A stretch of 64,000 nt of DNA from Bacteroidales bacterium (GTDB lineage Bacteria > Bacteroidota > Bacteroidia > Bacteroidales > F082). Location of the stretch: NCBI GenBank assembly GCA_016936355.1, contig JAFGYB010000006.1, forward strand, positions 16,019 to 80,018, given 5' to 3'. Below are positions 26,902-35,485 of this stretch, one piece after another. The first letter of the stretch is position 1, and each line of letters begins with the position of its first letter. The position numbers were made by a program, and so were the translations under genes. The notes below the pieces were generated by a model. That model ran no database searches and was not told the origin of the DNA. It worked only from the letters and a program-made list of their open reading frames with translations.

Positions 26902-26936
26902 CCCCAACAAACAAAGTATCACCAAACTAAAAACCT

Positions 26937-27311
26937 ATGAATACCTTCGTAATTAAACGTGACATCTCCGGGCAGATTGCTCAAGCCAATGAGGCGCTGA
27001 TCCATTTCTGGGGAAGATCCTACCTGAGCGAAGTGTTTAGCGATGACATCGCTGCACTGCGCAAAATACAAAAGAAAGTAACCCGTGACTTCAAGCTGTA
27101 CCGGACCCTGTCCGTGGTATTTTCGGCTGTGCTGCTGCTTATCTTGATGCTGAACCTCTTCAAAATAACGAATGTTGCCGATCTGAACAAGGCAGGCATA
27201 CTGATTATCTTCACCATCCTGTCGCTGACCAACACCTACCGGTTTTACAAAGTGAAAGTAAACCTCGAACACAAGATCTGGTTGCTGGGACTGATGGACA
27301 AAATCAGCTGA
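26937..27311 (+). CDS. Hypothetical small membrane protein (2 TM)
   Basis: It is a 124-aa ORF with two hydrophobic helices (LSVVFSAVLLLILMLNLF, ILIIFTILSL). No motif is recognised. Confidence 0.45.
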   Translation: MNTFVIKRDISGQIAQANEALIHFWGRSYLSEVFSDDIAALRKIQKKVTRDFKLYRTLSVVFSAVLLLILMLNLFKITNVADLNKAGILIIFTILSLTNTYRFYKVKVNLEHKIWLLGLMDKIS

Positions 27312-27386
27312 ACGTAAAAAACAGTCGGAACACGCCGAAAAATGACTTTAAACGGAAGTAGGCACTCACTTCTAACAATTACAATT

Positions 27387-27533
27387 ATGGGAAAAACCGG
27401 ACAAAAAGGACAAGGAAACGCTGGCGGATGGCCTTCCACGAAGAGTGGTATTAAATCAGGAAGTGGAAGAAGCAACAACACATCGGGTGGTGGTAAATCA
27501 TCAGGAAGTTCCAAAGGAGGCGGAAAAAAGTAA
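27387..27533 (+). CDS. Possible 48-aa Gly/Ser/Lys-rich small protein
   Basis: ATG at 27387 gives MGKTGQKGQGNAGGWPSTKSGIKSGSGRSNNTSGGGKSSGSSKGGGKK. It is low-complexity, so coding status is uncertain. Confidence 0.3.
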   Translation: MGKTGQKGQGNAGGWPSTKSGIKSGSGRSNNTSGGGKSSGSSKGGGKK

Positions 27534-27772
27534 CAAACCAGGGTGTCGTTTGCAACGACGTCCGGTTCTGTGTTCGACCCTGTGCACCCTTTTTAGCTGC
27601 AACAGGATGCACCGGTAGGAAACCGAATATTTATTATTTTCACAGCTCAATGTAATTGGAAAAGGAAAAAGTGCGGTCCAGCTGAACGTGCAACCGGAAT
27701 TCGTCCGGTTCCGATCGCGACCCTGAACTGCACCGAATACCCGATCGTGAAGAAACAACCAAACTACTGAGT

Positions 27773-28432
27773 ATGAAAAATCAAAGACTGGCAGCTCAAA
27801 TCACCGGATGGTCTCTAATTCTCATGACCCTGCTGTCGGGCTACGCGCTGGGCTATGCCTATCAAACCGTATACCAGGCCGAGCCCATCCTGTCTCCCGG
27901 GCAACTCATCCGCCAACATCTCGGCACCTACGAACTGATGATCGGGGCACTGGGCCTCATCGTGCTGCTCGACCTCATAGTTTCCTTCGGGTTTTACTAC
28001 TTTTTCCAAAAAGACAACCAGGCCATCGCGCTGGTAGCCACCGGGCTTCGGATGGTGTATTCCATCGTGTTTGCCCTGGCCATCTACCGGCTGGCGCAAA
28101 ACCTGAAACTGCCCGGCGATGGCTGGATCATGGAAAACTTCCGCCTGTTTCAGTTTACCTGGTCGCTGGGGCTGATCATCTTCGGCGTGCACCTCATCCT
28201 CATCGGCATCCTTATGAAGATCCACAAAAAGATCCCGAACGTGTTCTGGTATCTGATGCTGCTGGCTGGTTTTTCCTATAGTCTGATCCACACATTAAAA
28301 ATTGCACTTCCCCAGATTCAGGAGGTGACCCAAAGCATGGAAACCCTCCTGGCCGCACCCATGGCACTGGGAGAAATCCTGTTTGCCGTATGGCTGGTGA
28401 TCAAAGGAGGCCGGGTAAAGGCAACACCGTAG
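27773..28432 (+). CDS. DUF4386-like membrane protein
   Basis: It is ~219 aa with 5-6 TM segments. The N-terminal pattern AAQITGWSLILMTLLSGYALGY resembles DUF4386 proteins; this assignment is from memory. Confidence 0.5.
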   Translation: MKNQRLAAQITGWSLILMTLLSGYALGYAYQTVYQAEPILSPGQLIRQHLGTYELMIGALGLIVLLDLIVSFGFYYFFQKDNQAIALVATGLRMVYSIVFALAIYRLAQNLKLPGDGWIMENFRLFQFTWSLGLIIFGVHLILIGILMKIHKKIPNVFWYLMLLAGFSYSLIHTLKIALPQIQEVTQSMETLLAAPMALGEILFAVWLVIKGGRVKATP

Positions 28433-28672
28433 ACACCGTTTCCATTGGAATCCGTATTTTTTCGTTCTACTTTACCGTGCACCAAAAATTCAGTCGCTGA
28501 CTGCTGTACCTTTTCAAATATTTTGTATCTTGGCTGTAGTTGCCAAAGACCCTGAGTGTGCAGCGCTGGCCAGGAGGAACCGGAAAGCAGGCGAAAGAAG
28601 TTCTCAATATCAACTCCTGAACCCGACGCGGGTAGCGGTATGCGTTCATTACGAATCAACAAATATTCAATT

Positions 28673-29875
28673 ATGAAACGACTGATTTATACGCTTGCTT
28701 TCCTGGCGTTTACCCTTTCATCCTGGGCTCAGACGAACAGCCTCAGCGTAGGGTTTATTGATACCCTGCATTCCCGGATTTTCAACGAAACAAGAACACT
28801 ATGGGTGTACGTACCCGATCACGAAGCGGCCGGGGAACACACGCGGTATCCCGTGTTGTATCTGTTGGACGGCAACTGGCACTTCACAGCCGTGGTGGGC
28901 ATGACCCAACAACTGAGTTATGTAAACGGCAACAGCCTTTGCCCCGAAATGATCGTGGTCGGCATTGCCCACCCCGACCGGTACCGCGACCTGACGCCTT
29001 CCTGCGACAGCACCTACAGTCCCACATCAGGGGGCAACGAACAATTCATCAACTTCCTCGAAAAAGAACTCATTCCGCACATCGACTCCCACTACCCCAC
29101 CGAACCTTACCGGATGCTGATCGGGCATTCGCTGGGCGGCTTAACCACGCTGAACGTCCTGATACGCCCTATCCGTCTGTTCAACGCTTACGTGGCCATT
29201 GATCCGAGTGTGTGGTGGAATAACGAGGAATATTTAAAGGAAGCCGAAAAAGCGCTACCCCGAATTACGTTCGGGCCTGCGGATTTGTTCGTGGCCGTTG
29301 CCAATACCCTGAGGAATGGCATGGACACACTGACGGTTCAAACCGACACATCTCCCAACACGGCACATTTCCGTTCCAAACTCAAGCTGGTCAACCTGCT
29401 GCGCAACGACCGCCCCGCCGGACTTCAGTTCCATTACAAATACTACGCCAACGACACCCACAGCTCGGTACCGTTTATTGCCATGTACGATGCCCTGCGC
29501 ACTATTTTCAGCTATTATAACCTGCCCCTGACGCGCAACGATTTTAACGATACGACCCTGGCACTGCCGCAAAAGATTGAACAACACTTCCGGATGATAT
29601 CGCAAAAGATGGGCTATGCAGTGCGTCCGTCGGAGAATTTCATCAACACCATGGGGTATAATTCGCTGATGCGCAAAAACTACGTGCAGGCCGAGTACTA
29701 TTTCAGGCTCAACGTGGAAAACTACCCCCGGAGTTTTAATGCGTACGATTCGTACGGCGATTACTATGCCCAAAAGGGGAACAAAAGCAAAGCCATTGAA
29801 CTGTACACCAAAGCGCTTTCGCTGAAAGAAAATCCCGAAAGCAGAAAAAAGCTCAACAAGCTGAAGACTGAATAA
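28673..29875 (+). CDS. Secreted alpha/beta-hydrolase (putative esterase family) fused to C-terminal TPR repeats
   Basis: The start is at MKRLIYTLAFLAFTLSSWAQ. It has YPVLYLLDGNWHF and the nucleophile elbow GHSLGG. The C-terminus has TPR-like repeats (AEYYFRLNVENYPRSFNAYDSYGDYYAQKGNKSKAIELYTKAL). Confidence 0.7.
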   Translation: MKRLIYTLAFLAFTLSSWAQTNSLSVGFIDTLHSRIFNETRTLWVYVPDHEAAGEHTRYPVLYLLDGNWHFTAVVGMTQQLSYVNGNSLCPEMIVVGIAHPDRYRDLTPSCDSTYSPTSGGNEQFINFLEKELIPHIDSHYPTEPYRMLIGHSLGGLTTLNVLIRPIRLFNAYVAIDPSVWWNNEEYLKEAEKALPRITFGPADLFVAVANTLRNGMDTLTVQTDTSPNTAHFRSKLKLVNLLRNDRPAGLQFHYKYYANDTHSSVPFIAMYDALRTIFSYYNLPLTRNDFNDTTLALPQKIEQHFRMISQKMGYAVRPSENFINTMGYNSLMRKNYVQAEYYFRLNVENYPRSFNAYDSYGDYYAQKGNKSKAIELYTKALSLKENPESRKKLNKLKTE

Positions 29876-30103
29876 AAGACACCTGAAAAGAGGCCCAAAT
29901 CAAATGCGCTGTGCGCTTTTTTCTTTTTCCTCCTAAGGGAACCAACCGATACGAAAGACCCTCACGTCCCTGCGGGACTCAGGGATAAACTGTAATAAAA
30001 AATAGTGTAGTTCCATTCTGAGGAGTCCCGATGAATCGGGACGACGTAAGCATCTTAAAGTACTTTACTGAAACACATCCACCACCTTCGTCCCTATCGC
30101 GAG

Positions 30104-30170
30104 GATCCCGATTGATCGGGAGACGAAGCGATCTGCATATAAATAATATTGAGTATCCTGCAATCAATTG
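30104..30170 (+). repeat. 67-bp direct repeat, copy 1
   Basis: The sequence gatcccgattgatcgggagacgaagcgatctgcatataaataatattgagtatcctgcaatcaattg matches 31576-31642 at 63/67 positions. Confidence 0.9.
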
Positions 30171-30300
30171 ACCGCCTGATTTTGGTGCCTGCCCGCATTT
30201 TTGTGCCGGACCAGTAAATCCCCTCCCCGGAGGGGCACTGCCGAAGGCAGGGGGTGGGTAAAACCTTCCTGTTCCTTTCTTTGCGTCCTCCAAAGAAGAC

Positions 30301-30431
30301 TGTCATTTCGAGGAACCCGGTGTTCGGGTGAGGAGAAATCCCATGAATGTATGCGGGAATGAATAGATTTTGTTTCAATTGATGAGATTTCTCACGCCGG
30401 CACACCATCTGCCCAAAGGTTCGAAATGACA
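30301..30431. repeat. 131-bp MITE-like palindromic element bounded by inverted TGTCATTTCGA termini
   Basis: tgtcatttcga at 30301-30311 is matched by its reverse complement at 30421-30431. Each arm also contains an inner gagaaatc module. Confidence 0.55.
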
Positions 30432-30564
30432 GGAAGAAATAATCCCCTCCTCCGGCGGGTGAATCAGCAGGAGCGCAGCAGAATTTTTACTTTCTCCCGG
30501 TTCAATAAAAACAGCTACTTTTGGCGCTTTAAAAATTTGAACTACAAACGATACACTACATCCT

Positions 30565-31182
30565 ATGAAAGTTTTGTTGATTGGCGCCACGGGTGCCACA
30601 GGCCAGATTATATTACCCCTTTTGCTTTCCGCAGGTCACACGGTAACGGCGCTGGTGCGGCGCCCCGAGGCGGTTACAGTTGAAGATGAACATTTGGTGG
30701 TGATGCCCGGCGGCGTCCGTGATCCCGAACAGGTCGATCAGGCTGTAAAAGGACAGGATGCCGTGATGTGTGCCTTCGGACCGCGCGGGCTGGGAAAAGA
30801 CGACATTCAGGAAGTGCTGATGCGCAACCTTGTTCAGGCCATGACAAAACACGGGGTAAAGCGATTGGTGAACCTCTCGGCCCGGGGATCAAGCGATAGC
30901 CACAAAAGCATGGGGTTGATGGGGGCGTTTTTTATCAAGGTGCTGTTGCGCAACGTCTTTGCCGACAAGAAACGCGGAGAGCAACTGCTCTTTGCCTCCG
31001 ACCTCGATTTTGTGAATGCCTGTCCGGGCCGTCTGTTAAATAAACCCGCCACCGGCAACATCAAAGCATCGGCTGACGGAACGGGCATCACATCCGGCAT
31101 CACGCGCGCCGATGTGGCCCGGTGGATGGTGGAACAACTCACCAGCGACACCTGGGTACGCCAGTCCCCGGTTATAGGATAA
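30565..31182 (+). CDS. NAD(P)H-binding domain protein (atypical SDR / flavin-reductase-like)
   Basis: The N-terminus carries the Rossmann motif MKVLLIGATGATGQ. The length (~205 aa) and pattern fit NAD(P)H-binding (NmrA/BVR-B-like) proteins. Confidence 0.7.
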   Translation: MKVLLIGATGATGQIILPLLLSAGHTVTALVRRPEAVTVEDEHLVVMPGGVRDPEQVDQAVKGQDAVMCAFGPRGLGKDDIQEVLMRNLVQAMTKHGVKRLVNLSARGSSDSHKSMGLMGAFFIKVLLRNVFADKKRGEQLLFASDLDFVNACPGRLLNKPATGNIKASADGTGITSGITRADVARWMVEQLTSDTWVRQSPVIG

Positions 31183-32018
31183 ACAGGGTTTTGCCTTCGC
31201 ACCCCCAACCTCCCGACAAGTCGGAACAGGCTCTGAAGGGGCGCTTCCCAAACTAATCGTCCTGCGTGCGAGCATCCTATTATACTTCTCGCAATAAGGC
31301 TTGTTTTTTAGGACTTTCTGTTCATTTCTTTGCGACCTCCAAAGAAACGAACCAAAGAAAGGAGGCCAAAACCAATGCGTCTTCCCGCTTTGAACAAATG
31401 CCACGATACGTGGCAAAGTAGGTCGAGAAAAACGCTGCACTCCACCTTCCCTTCGTTTTCCTCAAAACGCAAGCGCCTTTGCCACGTCTCGTAACCATTT
31501 TTTCATTCACGCGAACGCAGCCCGCCGGTTTTGGTGGCTTACGCACTTTTTTCTTTTCTCCCGAAGTTTAATTCTGATCCCGATTGATCGGGAGACGAAG
31601 CGATCTGCATGTAAATAATATTGAGTGTCCTGCAATAGATTGCTTCTCCCGATCCATCGGGATTTGCAACTTGTGACATAATCTTAAAACCTCACAAGTG
31701 GCCCTGCGGAACACTTGCGAGGGCGAAGGGGTCCAAAATCAAATGCGCTGTCCGCCTACTTGTTTTTCGGAAAGTCCTGGCCTTCGTTTGCATGAGTTCC
31801 GTTTAATTACAAAGCAGATTATTTCCTAAATTTACAAAGGGAAACCAACTGTTTGGAGCCGGAAATACTAATTCTGGGACCCGGTATTGTGGCACAGGTA
31901 AATACCTGGCGGCGGAGGACTTCCAGGTACCGAGAGAATATAGAAACGAAAAAACGCTGCACAACAATGAACTAAGCTAAAAGGAACCCAAACAGAAATT
32001 AACCGAAGTCCGATTGAC
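31183..32018. repeat. Intergenic block of modular dispersed repeats (locus C, 836 bp without a credible ORF)
   Basis: It contains the second 67-bp copy (31576-31642). Related modules are ttcatttctttgcgacctccaaagaa (compare 30277-30297), ccaaaatcaaatgcgctgtccgc (compare 29896-29916) and gcttctcccgatccatcggga (compare 25324-25348). Confidence 0.8.
31576..31642 (+). repeat. 67-bp direct repeat, copy 2
   Basis: See copy 1 at 30104-30170. There are 4 mismatches. Confidence 0.9.
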
Positions 32019-33476
32019 ATGAAAAAGAAACTCGTACCCGTTCTTTTGCTCCTGCTCGCTTATAGTTTCAGTTATTGCCAGCCGGACCAATCGGGTGATT
32101 ATGGTGTCGGATTTAAATATTTTAAAACCACCGATCCTTCGCGAAAGTATATTTTGGGAACAGATACGGTGGACAGGCCGATGCTGATTCATTTTTGGTA
32201 TCCGGCCAAAAAAAATTCCAACCTTCAGCCGATGACGTTTAAAGATTATATTGATTTAATCGCCATCAGGGAAGACTTCAATAAAAATCAGCAGGAGATA
32301 AACGGCTTTTCCGAAAGCTTCATTCGTGCTTACCTGGGATTTGCCAAACAAAAATTCGGGATTGATACAACGGTAACCACAAAAGAAGTATTCAACAGTC
32401 GTGTTCGGGCCATTTATAAGGCCAAACCCGTCAACGGAAAGTTTCCGCTCATCATCTATGCCCCTTCAAACAGCAAATCATCGGTTCAGAATCACATCCT
32501 GTGTGAGGAGCTGGCCCGTCGCGGGTATTTTGTCGTTTCGGTGGGTTCGGCAGGAGCTGAAACATTAAAACGAAAGAACGAAATAAAAGCCGCCCTGGCC
32601 CAGGTGCACGATATGGAGTTTATTGTCAAATTCATCGAAGATTCATTGAAAATAAAATACGCCGGTGTGGGATTGCTGGGCTTCAGCAGCGGCGGCATGG
32701 CAACGGTTATTTACCAGATGAGACATCCGGAGGTGAAAGCCATGGTCAGTTTGGACGGCAGTCAGGAATACGGGTTGTATTTAATCCTCCATCAATTTGA
32801 AGATTTTGATCCGGCCAAGGCTGTGATGCCTTACTTATTGCTCGCCAACAACTATAAAGATTTTTCTTTTTATCCCTATTACAGCTCTATCGCATCCGGG
32901 AATAAATATTTGTACAAAATGTCGTATCTGGGACACAACGGGTTCATCTCCTATTGGACACAATTTGACCGGTGCAGTAAAGAAAAACACCATAATGCAA
33001 TTTCTGATAGTTATGAATTGGTCTGCCTTGCGGTGAACGCATTTTTTGATAACACAGTAAAGTCGGACCGCTTGAAACCGAAAGGTTTCGAAATACCAAA
33101 CAGTCCATTGATCCAACAAGATACGGTCGATTACAGCGTTATAACAGGCTTGCTGAACCATCTTTTAAATAACGGGGTTGAAAACGCACTGGCCGAAATC
33201 AGGTCGCACGAAACGTTGTATCAGGATAAACGGATGAATCTGTTGGGCAAAATGCTTATCGGGTATAACGCGCAGATGGCTTTAAAAATATTTGCGGTTA
33301 ATTTGGAAATTCATCCGAATTCATGGGAAAGCTATCTTTACCTGGCCTTTCTGTATCTTAGAAGTAACGAGGTGGATGCTGCAAAAGCGGCCATACTAAA
33401 GGCAAAAAGCCTTAACCCGGCTAATGGTGATGTGCAGGCTTTATATGATGAAATCATGAAAGTAACTACCAAATAA
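32019..33476 (+). CDS. Secreted alpha/beta-hydrolase (dienelactone hydrolase / PAF-acetylhydrolase-like) fused to C-terminal TPR repeats
   Basis: It has a signal peptide (LVPVLLLLLAYSFSYC) and the nucleophile elbow LLGFSSGGMA. The C-terminus is TPR-like (SWESYLYLAFLYLRSNEVDAAKAAILKAKSLNPAN). Confidence 0.6.
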   Translation: MKKKLVPVLLLLLAYSFSYCQPDQSGDYGVGFKYFKTTDPSRKYILGTDTVDRPMLIHFWYPAKKNSNLQPMTFKDYIDLIAIREDFNKNQQEINGFSESFIRAYLGFAKQKFGIDTTVTTKEVFNSRVRAIYKAKPVNGKFPLIIYAPSNSKSSVQNHILCEELARRGYFVVSVGSAGAETLKRKNEIKAALAQVHDMEFIVKFIEDSLKIKYAGVGLLGFSSGGMATVIYQMRHPEVKAMVSLDGSQEYGLYLILHQFEDFDPAKAVMPYLLLANNYKDFSFYPYYSSIASGNKYLYKMSYLGHNGFISYWTQFDRCSKEKHHNAISDSYELVCLAVNAFFDNTVKSDRLKPKGFEIPNSPLIQQDTVDYSVITGLLNHLLNNGVENALAEIRSHETLYQDKRMNLLGKMLIGYNAQMALKIFAVNLEIHPNSWESYLYLAFLYLRSNEVDAAKAAILKAKSLNPANGDVQALYDEIMKVTTK

Positions 33477-33694
33477 AGTGCTTTTCAACAAAGAAGATCG
33501 CAAATAACAATCAATCCACGCTTCCTGATTGGTCGATGCTGAAAGCTGATGAACGGACTTTTGATTACACAGACAGTTTTCAGGGTGACTTGGTTGACAG
33601 GGACAGGACGATAAATTCAACCGGAATCAGAATAAAACATTGGAGGAAGAGAAGCCGTGAAATTCGGCGTATCTTTGGCGCATAAAAGCAAAAC

Positions 33695-34663
33695 ATGGTA
33701 TCAGAAGAGCAACGGCAGAAGGAATCCCGGCTGCATCCCCGAAACAGAAACCGCGAACGGTATGATATCCGCGCACTCATTACTACAAATCCCGAACTGG
33801 CCGGTTATGTAACCCCCAATAAGCTGGGGGAAGATTCCATCGATTTCTCTGATCCCGTGGCAGTCAAAATCCTCAACCGGTCGCTGCTGAACCACTATTA
33901 CGGCATCCGGCACTGGGACTTCCCCGACGAAAACTTATGTCCGCCCATCCTCGGCAGGGCCGATTACATTCACCACTTGGCCGATTTGCTGCAGGAAAGT
34001 AATTTCGGCACCCTCCCGAAAGGCGAAGACATTACCTGTTATGATATAGGCACCGGAGCCAGTTGCATCTACCCTATTATCGGGGTGGCAGAATACGGCT
34101 GGAACTTCATCGCGTCCGATGTCAATCCCAAATCCATCGATTCGGCCACAAAGATTGTCCTGGCCAACCCGTCGCTGCACGGAAAAATCGAGTGCAAGCT
34201 GCAACCCAATCCCACCGATATTATTTTCGGCATCATCGGCAAGGAAGAGCAGATAGACTGCACCTTGTGTAATCCGCCGTTTCATGCTTCTTCTGATGAG
34301 GCACTCAAAGGAACGAGGAGAAAAGTAAAGAACCTGACGGGAAAAAAGCCCACCAACCCGACGCTGAATTTTTCCGGCATCAGCGACGAACTCATTTACG
34401 AAGGCGGGGAAGCGAAGTTCATTGACAAGATGGTGAAGGAGAGCCGGAAATTCGCTAAAAACGCCTATTGGTTTTCCACGCTGGTATCCAAACAATCCAA
34501 TGTGAAAACGATTTATAAGTCGCTGGAAAAACTTGAAGCCACCCGTGTCAAAACCATTCCCATGGGAACGGGAAACAAAGCCACCCGGATTGTCGCCTGG
34601 ACGTTCCTGTCGAAAGAGGAACGGAGTGCCTGGGCCCAAACCCGGTGGGGGAAAAAAGAGTAA
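33695..34663 (+). CDS. rlmF: 23S rRNA (adenine-N6)-methyltransferase RlmF
   Basis: It has the N-terminal LHPRNRNRERYD motif, the SAM-binding DIGTGASCIYP and the catalytic NPPF. Confidence 0.8.
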   Translation: MVSEEQRQKESRLHPRNRNRERYDIRALITTNPELAGYVTPNKLGEDSIDFSDPVAVKILNRSLLNHYYGIRHWDFPDENLCPPILGRADYIHHLADLLQESNFGTLPKGEDITCYDIGTGASCIYPIIGVAEYGWNFIASDVNPKSIDSATKIVLANPSLHGKIECKLQPNPTDIIFGIIGKEEQIDCTLCNPPFHASSDEALKGTRRKVKNLTGKKPTNPTLNFSGISDELIYEGGEAKFIDKMVKESRKFAKNAYWFSTLVSKQSNVKTIYKSLEKLEATRVKTIPMGTGNKATRIVAWTFLSKEERSAWAQTRWGKKE

Positions 34664-34879
34664 AATCCGTAACGATGTCAGGAATTCTATAATCTCCGGA
34701 ATATTATAGAGAGCCTCTACAGGTAAATTATGGATGAGACGAAGACGGTTCCGGACAGACGAACAGGAAAATCTTCACTACGGACACCCATTTTTCATCT
34801 GAATACAGTTAATAAAATCTTCATACTAAACTGCTTCGCCAACGATTATGAGGACTAACTTTGAGGCAAAGTTTAAGCT

Positions 34880-35482
34880 ATGAAACATCCATTTCAACAC
34901 TTCGGAAAAAGACTCATCAACTACTTCCTGCAGGGCCTGCTGTACCTGGCTCCTGTCACCATTACACTGTGGGTGATCTACCAAATCTTCGTCTTCATCG
35001 ACAGTTTACTCACCAGCTACATCAAAGCAGTCATTGGTATTGACATCCCCGGACTGGGCCTCATCATCCTGCTGGTCACCATCAGTCTGGTGGGCTTCCT
35101 GGGATCCACGTTTATTTTTCATCCGGTGGTGAACTACCTGGACAAAGTATTGACGAAAACGCCGCTCATCAAAATCGTCTACACTTCCGTGAAAGACCTG
35201 GTTTCCGCCTTTGTAGGTCAGAAGAAAAAATTCAACGAACCGGTACTCATCCGCATGAGCCGCGAATGGGAAGTGGAACGCATTGGGTTCATCACCAACC
35301 ATGACCTTTCCATTATTGGCGAGCCAAATAAAAAAGTAGCCGTATATTTGCCCCATGCTTACACCTGGTCGGGAAACATCTATGTGGTACCGGCCGAGAA
35401 CGTGAAAAAAATCGATGCCCCCGCCATGGAAGTCATGAAATTCGTGATTTCTGCCGGGGTCACCAACATCAACAACAAATAA
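34880..35482 (+). CDS. DUF502 domain membrane protein
   Basis: It has two N-terminal TM helices followed by the conserved IPGLGLIILL...KTPLIKIVYTSVKD pattern typical of DUF502. Confidence 0.65.
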   Translation: MKHPFQHFGKRLINYFLQGLLYLAPVTITLWVIYQIFVFIDSLLTSYIKAVIGIDIPGLGLIILLVTISLVGFLGSTFIFHPVVNYLDKVLTKTPLIKIVYTSVKDLVSAFVGQKKKFNEPVLIRMSREWEVERIGFITNHDLSIIGEPNKKVAVYLPHAYTWSGNIYVVPAENVKKIDAPAMEVMKFVISAGVTNINNK

Positions 35483-35485
35483 ACT

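Larger units (their letters stand above)
29876..30564. repeat. Intergenic block of modular dispersed repeats (locus B, 689 bp without a credible ORF)
   Basis: It contains copies of modules also present at 25141-25426 and 31183-32018, listed in the findings. It has many short GC hairpins (tcccgattgatcggga, ccccggagggg, gtccctgcgggac). Confidence 0.8.

Noticed and set aside
29979-30599. ORFs of 74-104 aa in repeat locus B (29979-30293, 30094-30408, 30375-30599), and of 74-134 aa in locus C (31036-31440, 31322-31546).
   Set aside because: They overlap each other and cross repeat-module boundaries. They have Arg/Gly/Pro-rich nonsense composition and no start context. I interpret them as non-coding repeat DNA.
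25141-32018. A possible CRISPR array, given recurring short repeats with hairpin potential.
   Set aside because: The repeats are heterogeneous modules in both orientations. They have no regular repeat-spacer periodicity and no cas genes nearby.
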